From contig CAYFMS010000002.1 of the NCBI GenBank assembly GCA_964344415.1, forward strand, positions 142 to 64,141: a stretch of DNA of 64,000 nucleotides. Reading direction: 5' to 3'. The position numbers were made by a program, and so were the translations under genes. Positions 47,470-57,760 of this stretch are shown here, one piece after another. Below the pieces are notes generated by a model that made no database searches, had not been told where the DNA came from, and was given only the letters and a program-made list of their open reading frames with translations. Within the stretch, counting starts at the first letter, position 1, and every line of letters starts with the position of its first letter. This DNA is from an uncultured Gammaproteobacteria bacterium. Lineage in GTDB: Bacteria; Patescibacteriota; Patescibacteriia; UBA9934.

Positions 47470-48357
47470 TTATTTAACCTTGAAATGAGCGAATCGTGTT
47501 TTCCCATTGAGATCTTCAATAAAGTGAACGGTAGACGATGGAATGTATTTCTTAGACTCTGACATTGTTACATCTTTTTGCCTCGGGTCTATTTCGATGA
47601 GGAGATCAACAGTTTTTGGTAATGCATCTCGACTTTCTGATATCTGCTTGAGCAGTGCGCGGTAATGGTCGAATCCGTCTATTCCAGAAGTAATAGCGGT
47701 CTGTGGCTCAAAATTCTTTACATCTGGATCAAGAAAATCCCAATCCCGTTCAGGTATATAGGGGAGATTTGCGATGATGACTCCATGAAGACTTCCAGCT
47801 AAACTCACATTATTATTCAGAATAGGATCAAGCAAACTTCCTTCAGAAAATGTGATCAAATGTTCTACATGTAGATTTTTTGCATTTTTTCTTGCTATTT
47901 CGAGTGCATCACTGCTCATATCCGTTGCGATAATCGGAAGACGTGTTTCGCAAGCAAGGGTGATGGCGATTGCACCTGATCCGGTCCCAATATCAGCAAT
48001 AAATGTCCCGTCTTTTATAAGGGGGAGGGTATATTCTATTAAGCTTTCTGTTTCAGGCCTCGGAATGAGCGTTGATTCATTTACAAGAAATTCGCGCTTA
48101 TAAAAACCTTTTTTACCTGTAATATATGCAATGGGTTCATGTTGCTTGCGCCTTGATATCCAGTCCTGATAGCGCGCGGCTGCATCGGAGCTTATTTCAT
48201 CTTCCATATGCATGACGAGATAGCTTGGACTTTTTTGCAGAATCTCAGCGAGTAAAAACTGGGCATCTAATTTTGCATTATGAATATCGAATCGTTTCTC
48301 ATGATATGTTTCAGACAGTTCCGATTCACCAAAATGCAATGCCTCGAGAATATTCAT
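47470..48357 (-). CDS. prmC: release factor glutamine N5-methyltransferase PrmC (HemK)
   Basis: 295 aa; SAM-binding DIGTGSGAIAI and NLPY motif (IIANLPYIPERD); adjacent to prfA. Confidence 0.85.
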   Translation of the reverse strand: MNILEALHFGESELSETYHEKRFDIHNAKLDAQFLLAEILQKSPSYLVMHMEDEISSDAAARYQDWISRRKQHEPIAYITGKKGFYKREFLVNESTLIPRPETESLIEYTLPLIKDGTFIADIGTGSGAIAITLACETRLPIIATDMSSDALEIARKNAKNLHVEHLITFSEGSLLDPILNNNVSLAGSLHGVIIANLPYIPERDWDFLDPDVKNFEPQTAITSGIDGFDHYRALLKQISESRDALPKTVDLLIEIDPRQKDVTMSESKKYIPSSTVHFIEDLNGKTRFAHFKVK

Positions 48358-48360
48358 AAT

Positions 48361-49425
48361 TTATTCGGAATCGATATTCTCACTTGCGAGCCGAAGTGCG
48401 GATACGATGTGGTCAATTGATCCGTTCAAAATGTCATCAAGATTATGCCAGCTTTGCTTTATGCGATGATCTGTAACGCGATCTTGGGGGACATTATATG
48501 TCCGAATTTTTTCACTGCGATCGCCGGTACCAATTTGGCTGCGCCTTGCATCGGACTCCTCCTTCATCTTTTTTTCCTGTTCATGAGCAAAAACGCGTGC
48601 ACGGATAATCTCGAGCGCCTTTTCTTTATTCTGTTTTTGCGATCGCTCCTGTTGCGAATACACCATAATTCCCGTAGGGATATGGATGATTCGAATAGCT
48701 GAATAGGTCGTATTTACAGATTGACCACCGGCACCCGTTGATGTTGTTGCTTCGATTTTCAAATCATTCATGTCTAGGTGAAAATCTTCCTGCTCAACTT
48801 TAGGAAAAACGGCTACGGTCGCTGTAGATGTGTGGACGCGTCCTTGCTTCTCAGTGCTTGGAACTCGTTGAACGCGATGAACACCGGATTCAAATTTCAT
48901 ATCACCATAGGTTCCCGATCCAGTAATTTCGAAAATGATTTCTTTCAAACCGCCGAGGTCATTGGAACTTTCGGATGAAATCGATATTTTTCTTGCATTA
49001 TCCTCGCTGAATTTTGAATACATGCGGAAAAGATCGCCTGCAAAAAGTGCAGCTTCATCACCGCCAGCGCCAGCGCGAATCTCAACAATGGCATCATGCG
49101 AATCAAGTGGATCCGGTGGAATAAGTGCGAGCTTTAGCGCTTGCTGTAATTCTGGAATTTTTTCATTGAGCTCATCAATTTCGCTTTGAGCAAGATCTTT
49201 CATTTCTTCGTCCTCAGTTTCTTGAAGGGTCTGCTTTGCCTGATCTAAATATTTTGATGATCGTTCAAGCTCTTTTGCAATATCCAGAATATGACGTGCA
49301 TGATTGAATTCTTGATTTACTGTCTTGAGCTTTTTTTGATCAGAAATGACAGCTGGATCAACCAATTGCGCTTCCAGTAGTTCGCGTTTCTTCTCGTATT
49401 CTTCAATATATTTTTGGTAATTCAT
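48361..49425 (-). CDS. prfA: peptide chain release factor 1
   Basis: GGQ motif ([22 protein letters not shown]) and PxT-like region; start at internal ATG ([10 protein letters not shown]). Confidence 0.92.
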   Translation of the reverse strand: MNYQKYIEEYEKKRELLEAQLVDPAVISDQKKLKTVNQEFNHARHILDIAKELERSSKYLDQAKQTLQETEDEEMKDLAQSEIDELNEKIPELQQALKLALIPPDPLDSHDAIVEIRAGAGGDEAALFAGDLFRMYSKFSEDNARKISISSESSNDLGGLKEIIFEITGSGTYGDMKFESGVHRVQRVPSTEKQGRVHTSTATVAVFPKVEQEDFHLDMNDLKIEATTSTGAGGQSVNTTYSAIRIIHIPTGIMVYSQQERSQKQNKEKALEIIRARVFAHEQEKKMKEESDARRSQIGTGDRSEKIRTYNVPQDRVTDHRIKQSWHNLDDILNGSIDHIVSALRLASENIDSE

Positions 49426-49487
49426 AGTCTTGAAAATAATAACATGCAAATACAAAAACACTCGTGAAGAGTGTTTTTGTGAGGTGG

Positions 49488-49799
49488 CTATTTTTTGTGC
49501 ATTTCTGCTTTTTCAGCTTCCTCGCGCTTTTCTTGCTTAGCCTGTGCTCGTTTCGCCTTCTTTTCAAGCTTTGCTTGATGATTACGAACGGCATCTGCTT
49601 TTGCGCCCATTCGCTTTTCGAATTTCTCAACACGACGTGCCGTGTCAACAATTTTCTGCTTACCAGTATAGAATGGGTGGCAATTTGAACAGAGCTCAAC
49701 ATCGGTATGATCCTGAGTAGATCCGACCGTGAATTTCTGCCCGCATGCGCAAGCGATTGTTGCGCTTGAATTGTAATTTGGATGAATATCAACCTTCAT
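49488..49799 (-). CDS. rpmE: 50S ribosomal protein L31 with Lys/Glu-rich C-terminal extension
   Basis: MKVDIHPNY start; CxxC...[10 protein letters not shown] zinc ribbon; about 35-aa K/E/A-rich tail. Confidence 0.85.
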   Translation of the reverse strand: MKVDIHPNYNSSATIACACGQKFTVGSTQDHTDVELCSNCHPFYTGKQKIVDTARRVEKFEKRMGAKADAVRNHQAKLEKKAKRAQAKQEKREEAEKAEMHKK

Positions 49800-49862
49800 A
49801 GTAGTAAAAAGTGACCGAACTTTAACATGAGCAGGGGAGTATGTCAATACAATTGCTCGGTA

Positions 49863-49940
49863 TTCGCAAAATTGTCCACAGCAAGGTTAAACCTTGAGCG
49901 TCACTTATCCACATCAAGGTTTAACCTTGAAATCGGCTAC
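49863..49940. repeat. composite repeat E: TTGTCCACA, TTATCCACA, TGTGGATAA with two CAAGGTT(T)AAACCTTG palindromes
   Basis: Read directly in the rpmE / 50055-gene divergent intergenic region; same architecture as repeat D in the opposite orientation. Confidence 0.8.
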
Positions 49941-50006
49941 CTGTGGATAACTTTGATTTTTGGCTAGGGTAGGGGGAGAATTGTACATAATTTTGCCAGA
50001 TTAGGC

Positions 50007-50035
50007 TTGACATGCCGTTTTATGGTTGTTAAGTT
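50007..50035 (+). promoter_or_regulatory. sigma-70-like promoter (TTGACA-17-TAAGTT)
   Basis: Read directly; positions 50007-50012 and 50030-50035. Located after the DnaA-box-like repeat E. Confidence 0.35.
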
Positions 50036-50054
50036 CCGGTCTTCGGAAAAAAGT

Positions 50055-51107
50055 ATGAATATTTCACTAGTTTTAGCAACAAAATCAAAAAATCTAATTG
50101 AGCAAGCTCCCCTACTCTGTCAGGAATATATAAAAGACGAGTATGATGCATGTATTGTCGATATGTCATCTAAGCGAAGTCGGAAGGAGGATGGCATTAC
50201 AATATTTGGTGCATATGCCGGAATGCTTCATATTCTTTTACGCGCAAAAATTCAGATAGTGCATGTTTTAGGACAGCGGTCAGGTTTATTTGTAAAACTA
50301 TTGTCAGTACTTCGGCCCAATGTTCGCATTATTGCCACGATTGACTCGGTGCATGATTTTCGTGAAATGCGATCTGGCATAAGGCGTGCTTTCATGTCTC
50401 TGAGTGAAAAATGGACATTGCGTTGCGCGCATCGAATTATTGCGACAAATCCCCTATTGGAAACGATGTTGCACGGTAAACAAATAGATATTATTCCAAA
50501 TACCGTACTTCCAAAGCGTGCAGCTTGCGACCCAGTACTTTTGCAGTGTTATGGAATAAACAGCGCGCAGTATGTACTCGCATATCTGCATACTGACGAT
50601 AAAGAGCGATATGATCATTTAATGAAGGCGTGGAAGAATTTAGAAAATGATGCGAAAGGTGCATGCAAACTTGCCATTGTATTTATGGGGTCTGAAAAAC
50701 CTGTGATGCCTATTGTGAAGGATGAATCCATCCGATACTTCTCAAATATCAAGGGAGATGTTTTGGCATCAATGCAAATGGGTGCTCGATGTGTAATCAT
50801 TCTTGATGAGTCAAATGGAGCACTTCCCCTACTTGAACGGTCCTGGAGCTTTGGAAAGATGGTCATTGCGTCTGACTCGGTAACGGATAATGAATATGCA
50901 ATTCAGTACGCAAGTGGGTCGGTGGATCAATTAGCCGAATGTATGCGAGCAGTATTGTCAGGACAGAGTATTACAGACACTGCCGGACATCGCGCGAGAG
51001 TATTTGTAGAAACATATCAACATCCACATGTGATTGCTCATGCCTATACGGGCATGTATGAGCGGCTGCTCATCGATTTGCATGGAGATGTGGCAATGAG
51101 AATATAA
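50055..51107 (+). CDS. hypothetical protein, possibly a glycosyltransferase-like (GT1/GT4 fold) enzyme
   Basis: Start moved to the ATG at 50055 downstream of a TTGACA-17-TAAGTT promoter-like site; weak Rossmann-like similarity only. Confidence 0.35.
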   Translation: MNISLVLATKSKNLIEQAPLLCQEYIKDEYDACIVDMSSKRSRKEDGITIFGAYAGMLHILLRAKIQIVHVLGQRSGLFVKLLSVLRPNVRIIATIDSVHDFREMRSGIRRAFMSLSEKWTLRCAHRIIATNPLLETMLHGKQIDIIPNTVLPKRAACDPVLLQCYGINSAQYVLAYLHTDDKERYDHLMKAWKNLENDAKGACKLAIVFMGSEKPVMPIVKDESIRYFSNIKGDVLASMQMGARCVIILDESNGALPLLERSWSFGKMVIASDSVTDNEYAIQYASGSVDQLAECMRAVLSGQSITDTAGHRARVFVETYQHPHVIAHAYTGMYERLLIDLHGDVAMRI

Positions 51108-51115
51108 AAAGGCCC

Positions 51116-51403
51116 TCATGAGGGGTCTTTTTTTATACTGTCTGGATTTGGTGAAAAGGGCGTATTCTTGATTCTCCATTGCTCGACAAATTGGCCGATG
51201 CCCGACGTATCGCGTTTTTTGCGAACGGTCGTTGTTGATTGAGACCATTTTAATAATGATTCGAAATTAATTTTATATCGTCCATGAACGACGATATAGC
51301 TGATCTCTTTTTTTGCAATAGCGCGCCGTATTGTCCGTGAACTGATACCGAATAGCTTTGCGGCTTCTGATACGGATAGGCGGATAACATTATCAATACT
51401 CAT
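51116..51403 (-). CDS. excisionase-family helix-turn-helix DNA-binding protein
   Basis: LSVSEAAKLFGISSRTIRRAIAKKEISYIVVHGRYKI matches the excisionase/MerR-like HTH pattern. The ORF could start at 51424, inside the DnaA-box-like repeat. Confidence 0.55.
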   Translation of the reverse strand: MSIDNVIRLSVSEAAKLFGISSRTIRRAIAKKEISYIVVHGRYKINFESLLKWSQSTTTVRKKRDTSGIGQFVEQWRIKNTPFSPNPDSIKKDPS

Positions 51404-51416
51404 ACATTCATTTATT

Positions 51417-51470
51417 TTATCCACATTCTAAGTCGGACATTGAATGTGGATAAGTTATATATTTGTCCAC
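51417..51470. repeat. composite repeat C: TTATCCACA-N19-TGTGGATAA plus TTGTCCAC half-site and adjacent TTTGTCCAC-TCTAG-TGTAGACAAA palindrome
   Basis: 51417 ttatccacattctaagtcggacattgaatgtggataa 51453; overlaps the 5' end of the excisionase-family HTH gene. Confidence 0.8.
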
Positions 51471-51590
51471 TCTAGTGTAGACAAATGGAGAAGTTAAGTC
51501 AAAAATAATTGCAAAATATGGCTAGTGAGAGTAATTTTTTAGTCTATAGAACATTACTGTAATGTTTTCGTTCAAATAACGACATAGTAA

Positions 51591-52121
51591 ATGTCCATGC
51601 GACGACAAAAATTTCTTTTATTCCGTGTCTACAGATTTCGTGACGCAAAAGCATATGGAAAGCTCTATGATGCCTATGCGCCGAGAATTCGACGCTATGT
51701 AACATTTAAACTTCCAAGCCGTGATGACGTGGATGAGCTTACGGGTGAAGTGTTCTTGCGAGGCTGGGAATATGCAACATCGAGTCAGGTGGAGAATGCA
51801 AATGCCCTTTTCTACCGCATAGCGAGAAATCTGATTGCAGATTTCTATCGATCTCGACGCATTACTGAATCTCTTGATAATACTGATGAGATCGCGAGTC
51901 AGGCGAGAAAATTCACAGAAGAACTCGATTTAGAGGAAGAAAAGAAATTGATTCTCAAGTCGCTACAAAAATTGAAGGAGGAATATAAGGAGGTGCTGAT
52001 CATGAAATACCTCGATGAGATGTCTACGAAAGAGATAGCTCAAGCAATCGATAAAACGGTGAATAATGTGCGAGTCCTGCTCCATCGAGCAAAACGTGCC
52101 TTAAAGGAAATCCATGAATAA
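51591..52121 (+). CDS. RNA polymerase sigma factor, ECF subfamily
   Basis: 176 aa; sigma-70 region 2 (FLRGWEY) and region 4 HTH (LSTKEIAQAIDKTVNNVRVLLHRAKRAL). Confidence 0.85.
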   Translation: MSMRRQKFLLFRVYRFRDAKAYGKLYDAYAPRIRRYVTFKLPSRDDVDELTGEVFLRGWEYATSSQVENANALFYRIARNLIADFYRSRRITESLDNTDEIASQARKFTEELDLEEEKKLILKSLQKLKEEYKEVLIMKYLDEMSTKEIAQAIDKTVNNVRVLLHRAKRALKEIHE

Positions 52122-53217
52122 AGCCATTGAACAATTGAAGAGCATCAAAGATTGCAAGCAGGCAGGTTATGCCGATGCCAATGTTCATGCTTCTAGCCGA
52201 GAAAAGCTGATGCAGGCAATCGCGCATGGTCAGCGCGAGCATGTTCAGCATCACGCGGAAGTTCGTGGTGGACTTGCATATTTGCGATTTGCCTTTGCCG
52301 ACCTGATCTCTTCACCTGCAATAGGAATTGCATCGATGGCATTGTTATTATTTGGCGGCTTGACGACAGTGTCGGCTGCTTCTTCAAGTTTGCCAGGAGA
52401 TCCACTCTACGGATTAAAGCTCGCAACGGAGCGTGCACAGCTCCAATTAGTTTCTGCTGATAAACGCGCCGTGCTTCATACCGAGTTTGCGGAGCGGCGT
52501 CTTGAAGAATATTTGGCGCTTGATGATGCAAAGCGCGACACATTCGCGGGTCCAACACTTGATGCTTTCCGCAATCAAGTTGAGCAGGCGGCGGGAGAAA
52601 TAGAAAAGCTAAAGGATCAAAATAGTCGAGATGCCGTGGCAGCAGCAACTGAAATTGATCAAAAATTGCATACACTTGGAGCTTCCCTCGATGAAAGTCA
52701 GCCGATGCAGGAGATGGAAGATGTTCAACAAATTACAAAAGATGCATCCGAACAGGTCACAAATGTTGCTGTCGACATACATGAACAAGAGCCTGAAGAA
52801 ACGACGGAAGATTTACAGCAGCTATTCAAAGCTCAGCTTATTACCGTGACGGATAAACATACATTCAATATCGGTCGAATCAATGTCATTGAATCGATCG
52901 CGATTGAAAGAGATTTCCTCACACGGCAAGATATACGGTCATATACACAGCAATTGAATGAGTCGACGGATCGCATTGCAGAAGCAAGGCAATTGGCAGC
53001 TGCTGGAGGTTATAGAACGGCATTCGACATATTGCGAAGCGTGAATGAATCAATTACAGAAGTGGAACGCATACTGACGCATACGGAAACACGCATTATT
53101 TTCGAGGATGAGGCAGAGCTTCTTGATGAGGCGACTGTATCTGAAACTGATCTGGAAACAGATCCATCACCGTCCCCCGACGGAGATGAGGCGATAGAGC
53201 AAGAAGAGACAGAATAA
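52114..53217 (+). CDS. putative anti-sigma factor / DUF5667-like single-pass membrane protein
   Basis: Overlaps the sigma gene by 8 nt; single TM (IGIASMALLLFGGLTTV); LPGDPLYGLKLATE motif; acidic C-terminal tail. Confidence 0.4.
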   Translation: MNKAIEQLKSIKDCKQAGYADANVHASSREKLMQAIAHGQREHVQHHAEVRGGLAYLRFAFADLISSPAIGIASMALLLFGGLTTVSAASSSLPGDPLYGLKLATERAQLQLVSADKRAVLHTEFAERRLEEYLALDDAKRDTFAGPTLDAFRNQVEQAAGEIEKLKDQNSRDAVAAATEIDQKLHTLGASLDESQPMQEMEDVQQITKDASEQVTNVAVDIHEQEPEETTEDLQQLFKAQLITVTDKHTFNIGRINVIESIAIERDFLTRQDIRSYTQQLNESTDRIAEARQLAAAGGYRTAFDILRSVNESITEVERILTHTETRIIFEDEAELLDEATVSETDLETDPSPSPDGDEAIEQEETE

Positions 53218-53487
53218 TGCCTCTCCGTGTGCAGCGCCGCAGAGTGGGTCTGCGGCTTTGCCATGGAGATGTATCCAAGTTTACGCTTGGTTATCTCCGT
53301 CATTTTAAATCTCAGTGCGAACTTAAAGGTCGAGGCTTTTTCTTTAAAAGGGGCGTCTACCTAACGGCATTTTGCAGACCAAATGTATCTGGAAAAGTAC
53401 CATTAGGCAGACGCCCTACACGTTATGCGTGTGAAGAATAAGTCGTTTGCGCTTTTACTCTTAACTATAAGAAAGGATAAATCATTT
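53218..53487 (+). promoter_or_regulatory. long structured 5' leader of the giant surface-protein gene
   Basis: 270-nt ORF-free region with nested stems (ggagatgtatccaag...cttggttatctcc; 14-bp stem gggcgtctacctaa...ttaggcagacgccc). Confidence 0.5.
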
Positions 53488-56400
53488 ATGAATGATTCAA
53501 CTTTTGCAAAACGTGCCCTCTCTGTAGCTGTTGCTGCTGCAACCATTCTATGGGCTGTTGGAGCTGCAGCTTTCGCTGTGCCAACAACAGCAAGCGCAGC
53601 TGATGCTGGAGACGTCGTTCGAAGCACATCACTTTCAACAGTGTACTTCGTTGGTTACGACGGTGCGCGTTACGCATTCCCTAATGAAAAAACCTACGAC
53701 ACTTGGTTCGATGGTTTTGGAAGCGTAGAGACTATCTCTGACGCTGACGTTGCTGGCATGACACTTGCTGGAAACGTCGTATACCGTCCAGGTTCACGGT
53801 GGATTAAAATTACTTCTGCAGCAGAAACATATGCTGTTGGACGTGATGGAATGATCTACTGGATTGAAACTGAGGACGTTGCTACTGACCTCGCTGGAAG
53901 CGACTGGAACCAGAACATCGACGATGTTTCTGATTCACTATTCACCGACTACTCTGAAGGAGTTTCACTCTCATCTGCAACAGTATGGGATGGAGCACTT
54001 TACATGGATGGAAGCGATTACATGCTTTCATGGGACGGTGAAGCTCGAACAGTAACTGCCGCAGGTCGAAGTGCTAATGACCTTGAAGACGGATTCTTCC
54101 TTGACGGAGATTCAATCGACGCAAGCTCACTTTCTGCAGGATCAGACCTTGATGGTGCTGACTGTGATGTAAGCGATGCTTCGCAAACTGATTGTGTTGT
54201 TACCTCTGCTGGAGGTGATGTAACTGTTTCTACTTCTTCAAGTACTGCAGCTGGAGCTACTATTCCAGGTGGAGCTACTTCTGTTGAAGTATTCAGTTTC
54301 GACCTTACAGCTGCCGATGCCGCAAATGTTAATGGTGTAACCCTTGACTTTAACGGTATTGCTGCAGTATCTAATATTTCAAATGTATACCTTTATGAAG
54401 GTATGACTCGTTTGACAGAATCACGAAGCGTGAACAGTTCTACACGAGAAGTAACATTTGGAAGCCTTGACCTTGACATTGCTGCGGGAGCAACGCGAAC
54501 AATTACTGCTCGTGTTGAAATCGCAACTGCACAAACAGCTGGAGATGAATTCTACTTCTCTATCGATGGTGCAAATGCTGAGGCTGATGGAACTGTTTCA
54601 GGTTCTGCTACCGGTGAAACATTCACCATGGGTGCGCAGGATGTTGGAACGGTGACTGTTTCAAACAATGGAACGGTTACAAACCCATCTCTTGGTGAAG
54701 ATGATGCTAAGATTGCTCAATTCCAAGTAGCACCTTCTGGAGAAGATGTGGACCTTGAAGAATTGACACTTAAGATCGACAATGCAGCTGATCACTCTGA
54801 CTTCAAGCTATGGACTCTTTCTAATGAGCTCGTTGGAACTGGTGAATACATCGGTGACAAGCTTGTAAGTTTCGATGTTGATGGTGTTGACACTATCGAA
54901 GATGGTGACAATGACATCTTCAAGGTAACAGCTGACATTGGTGGAGAATCAGGTGATACAGTTGACCCATACCTTGATAATACGGTTGATGTGCTCGCTG
55001 TTGGTACTGACTATGGTTTCGGAAACGCAATCACAAATAGTTATGCATCTGCAAGTCAGTCAACGACCATTCAAGGTGGTAATGTAACATTTACCTTCTC
55101 AGGTCCAAGTGCAGGAGACATCTTGGTAGATAGCCAGGATCAGGTTCTTCTCGAATTCACATTGACATCTGCTGAAGATATCACTGTGAAGGATCTAGAC
55201 GTTATCGTGTACGCTGATGATGATGCGGACAATGACGCTACTGACGGAACAGATAGTAGTGACAGTGATAATGATGGTCTTATCAATACTGGTGATGAAG
55301 CAAACTTGAAGGATATCCGTATTATTAATGCTGATACTGGAAAGACACTTATGGGACCACTTGAGCTTGACTGTACAGCTGACAACACTGCTTGTTCTGC
55401 TACAGGATCAAGTACCCAGGGTGACGGTTCTCAGACCATTGACTTCACAGACGATTTCGGTGTTGATGCTGGCGAAGTTCTTCGATTGCAAGTTACAGGT
55501 GACATTGATGACACGGTAACAAGCGGTACAGAATTCGCGGCAACTATCGACATTTCAGGATTCGTTGCTGAAGATACAAATGGAGATAACCTAACACTTG
55601 CAACAGATGTTGTTCCTACAGGTGACATCATTGGTAATAACCAGGAAGCACTTTCTGCTTCATTGACACTTACTCTTGGATCTACTCCAGGTGATGTGAC
55701 AACAGTTCACGGAACAAGTGATGTTGTTGTAAACCGATTCAACCTGCAAGCAGGTGATGCTGGAACAATTGACGTCTCTCAAATCGTGGTATCTGTTTAC
55801 TCAGATGACACAGTAGCTTCTGGTGCATATACACTTGGTGACCATACAACGGCTCCAGATGTAAATGACTATGTATCTAGCTGTACTATCTACGATGTAG
55901 ATGACAACTTGCTTGACGGCCCAACATCTCCGGCTGCTAATGGTCAAACCATTACATTCGATGATGTTGACTGGACGATTGAAGCGAGTGAAAATGAAGA
56001 GATTGAAGTACGTTGTGACTTCCACAATCCTTCATCTACAACGGAATATTACTTCGCTTGGGACATTAACGATGCTTCTGAAGACATCGTTGCTCAGGAT
56101 GAAGAAGGTACAGACGTTGATCCGACGGCTGATGATCCAAACGGAGCAACCAACCCAACAAACATTGTGACGGTTGCGGCTTCTGGAAGCCTTGCTCTTA
56201 CACAAGACTCTAGTGCCCCTGCAGCTGACTTTGTTCTTACCGGAACAAATGACAATCACGTTTCAGCATTCCGATTGGATGCAACGAATGAGTCATTTGA
56301 AGTAACGCGATTCACGCTTACAGAGGAAGAAGCTGAAGACATGGGTCTTGGTACGGATGCAACGGATTATGTGAACAATATCTCTAGCATGACGATTGAA

Positions 56401-57630
56401 TACCCAATGGAAGATGGTTCTACGGGTACTGCGTCTGCATCAATAAGTACGAATGAAGCTATCTTCACAGGACTTGAGATGTATGTTGAAGAAGGTGAAG
56501 CTGCGGTAGTCGACGTATATGTTGATGTCCCAGCGACAGACCGAACTGGAAGTGGTTCTGCTACTTCTAATGAACGTATCTCTATTGGTTGGGATGCAGA
56601 TACCACAAACAATAATCACATTATTGCGAATGGTGTCGGATCAGGATTCCAGCTTACGGATACGGACAATGATGGTTCTGGTACTAACTTCTCAGACGTT
56701 GTAAGCGGAAATGCATTCGTTGTTCGAGAAACAGCACCTACAATCACATTGAATTCATCTTCTCCAAGTGGAACAGGATTTGTTCCTGGAGATCAGGAAG
56801 TTATCCGATTCAATGTTTCAGCAAGTTCAAATGAGAGCGTTGTATGGGAAGAAATGGTATTCGATGTCGCAGCAACAGATAACACGGGTACTCCAACTCA
56901 GTGGGATCATTGTGACGACGGAGATACAACGAATGGATTCATTGCTGAATCACAATTCGATCTCTACAACCTTTCAGATGCAGGTCTAACGACAGCTCTT
57001 GATACGGCAGACGGTGACTGGACTCTCTACTCAACAGAGGGTGGTACACTCGATATTTGTGACGAAACAGCTGACACCAATGCTGGTGAGGTTGTAACGC
57101 ATGCAAAGATCACATTGCCAACTGCTGAAACGGTTCCTGCTGGAGAGACATACATCTACTCTCTGTACTATGACTCTCAGTACGCTTCTGCGGCGAATGA
57201 TGATTCTGTACAATTCGGAATTGCATCAGATCCAATCGTTGCAGTAACATCGGCTGAAGCTATGACAGACGTTGATGAAGGTGGAGGTGTAACAGCTACT
57301 GATACTAACTTCACATTGACATCTGGAACAGGAATTTCTCGTGGAGACATTCTCTGTCTGGACGATGAAGATGTAGCTGGTTGTGACACTGCGGACGAGC
57401 TCGCTCTCGTTACCTACATCACTGGTGCAGAGGTATATCTTGTTCGAGGTTACCTCGGAACAACCCCTGCAGCTCTTGTTGATGCAGATGACGTAGACAT
57501 GGTTCCTGCATCATTCGTATGGCGTGACGACGGTTCTACAACCGCGCTTACGACAACCTCTATGGATGAGTACTGGGGATCTTACCTCGTTGATAGTCTT
57601 CCTATTGACGGTGGTGCGATGGGATTCTAA
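53488..57630 (+). CDS. giant secreted acidic surface protein (S-layer/adhesin-like; Thr/Asp/Gly-rich, Ig-like repeats probable)
   Basis: Start at ATG 53488 (MNDSTFAKRALSVAVAAATILWAVGAAAFA signal peptide) within the 1401-aa ORF; low-complexity acidic composition; 270-nt structured leader; terminator 57694-57720. Confidence 0.7.
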   Translation: MNDSTFAKRALSVAVAAATILWAVGAAAFAVPTTASAADAGDVVRSTSLSTVYFVGYDGARYAFPNEKTYDTWFDGFGSVETISDADVAGMTLAGNVVYRPGSRWIKITSAAETYAVGRDGMIYWIETEDVATDLAGSDWNQNIDDVSDSLFTDYSEGVSLSSATVWDGALYMDGSDYMLSWDGEARTVTAAGRSANDLEDGFFLDGDSIDASSLSAGSDLDGADCDVSDASQTDCVVTSAGGDVTVSTSSSTAAGATIPGGATSVEVFSFDLTAADAANVNGVTLDFNGIAAVSNISNVYLYEGMTRLTESRSVNSSTREVTFGSLDLDIAAGATRTITARVEIATAQTAGDEFYFSIDGANAEADGTVSGSATGETFTMGAQDVGTVTVSNNGTVTNPSLGEDDAKIAQFQVAPSGEDVDLEELTLKIDNAADHSDFKLWTLSNELVGTGEYIGDKLVSFDVDGVDTIEDGDNDIFKVTADIGGESGDTVDPYLDNTVDVLAVGTDYGFGNAITNSYASASQSTTIQGGNVTFTFSGPSAGDILVDSQDQVLLEFTLTSAEDITVKDLDVIVYADDDADNDATDGTDSSDSDNDGLINTGDEANLKDIRIINADTGKTLMGPLELDCTADNTACSATGSSTQGDGSQTIDFTDDFGVDAGEVLRLQVTGDIDDTVTSGTEFAATIDISGFVAEDTNGDNLTLATDVVPTGDIIGNNQEALSASLTLTLGSTPGDVTTVHGTSDVVVNRFNLQAGDAGTIDVSQIVVSVYSDDTVASGAYTLGDHTTAPDVNDYVSSCTIYDVDDNLLDGPTSPAANGQTITFDDVDWTIEASENEEIEVRCDFHNPSSTTEYYFAWDINDASEDIVAQDEEGTDVDPTADDPNGATNPTNIVTVAASGSLALTQDSSAPAADFVLTGTNDNHVSAFRLDATNESFEVTRFTLTEEEAEDMGLGTDATDYVNNISSMTIEYPMEDGSTGTASASISTNEAIFTGLEMYVEEGEAAVVDVYVDVPATDRTGSGSATSNERISIGWDADTTNNNHIIANGVGSGFQLTDTDNDGSGTNFSDVVSGNAFVVRETAPTITLNSSSPSGTGFVPGDQEVIRFNVSASSNESVVWEEMVFDVAATDNTGTPTQWDHCDDGDTTNGFIAESQFDLYNLSDAGLTTALDTADGDWTLYSTEGGTLDICDETADTNAGEVVTHAKITLPTAETVPAGETYIYSLYYDSQYASAANDDSVQFGIASDPIVAVTSAEAMTDVDEGGGVTATDTNFTLTSGTGISRGDILCLDDEDVAGCDTADELALVTYITGAEVYLVRGYLGTTPAALVDADDVDMVPASFVWRDDGSTTALTTTSMDEYWGSYLVDSLPIDGGAMGF

Positions 57631-57693
57631 TCACACACATTATCGTGTAGTGATCAGATCCACCTCGTGGACTTATCTGCCATACGGCAAAAC

Positions 57694-57720
57694 AAAAAAC
57701 CGCCTTCGGGCGGTTTTTTG
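57694..57720 (+). terminator. rho-independent terminator after the giant surface-protein gene
   Basis: aaccgccttcgggcggtt hairpin followed by ttttt. Confidence 0.75.
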
Positions 57721-57760
57721 GTGCTTTACTTTTCTCCCTAAATGGGTAAACTATGCGAAT

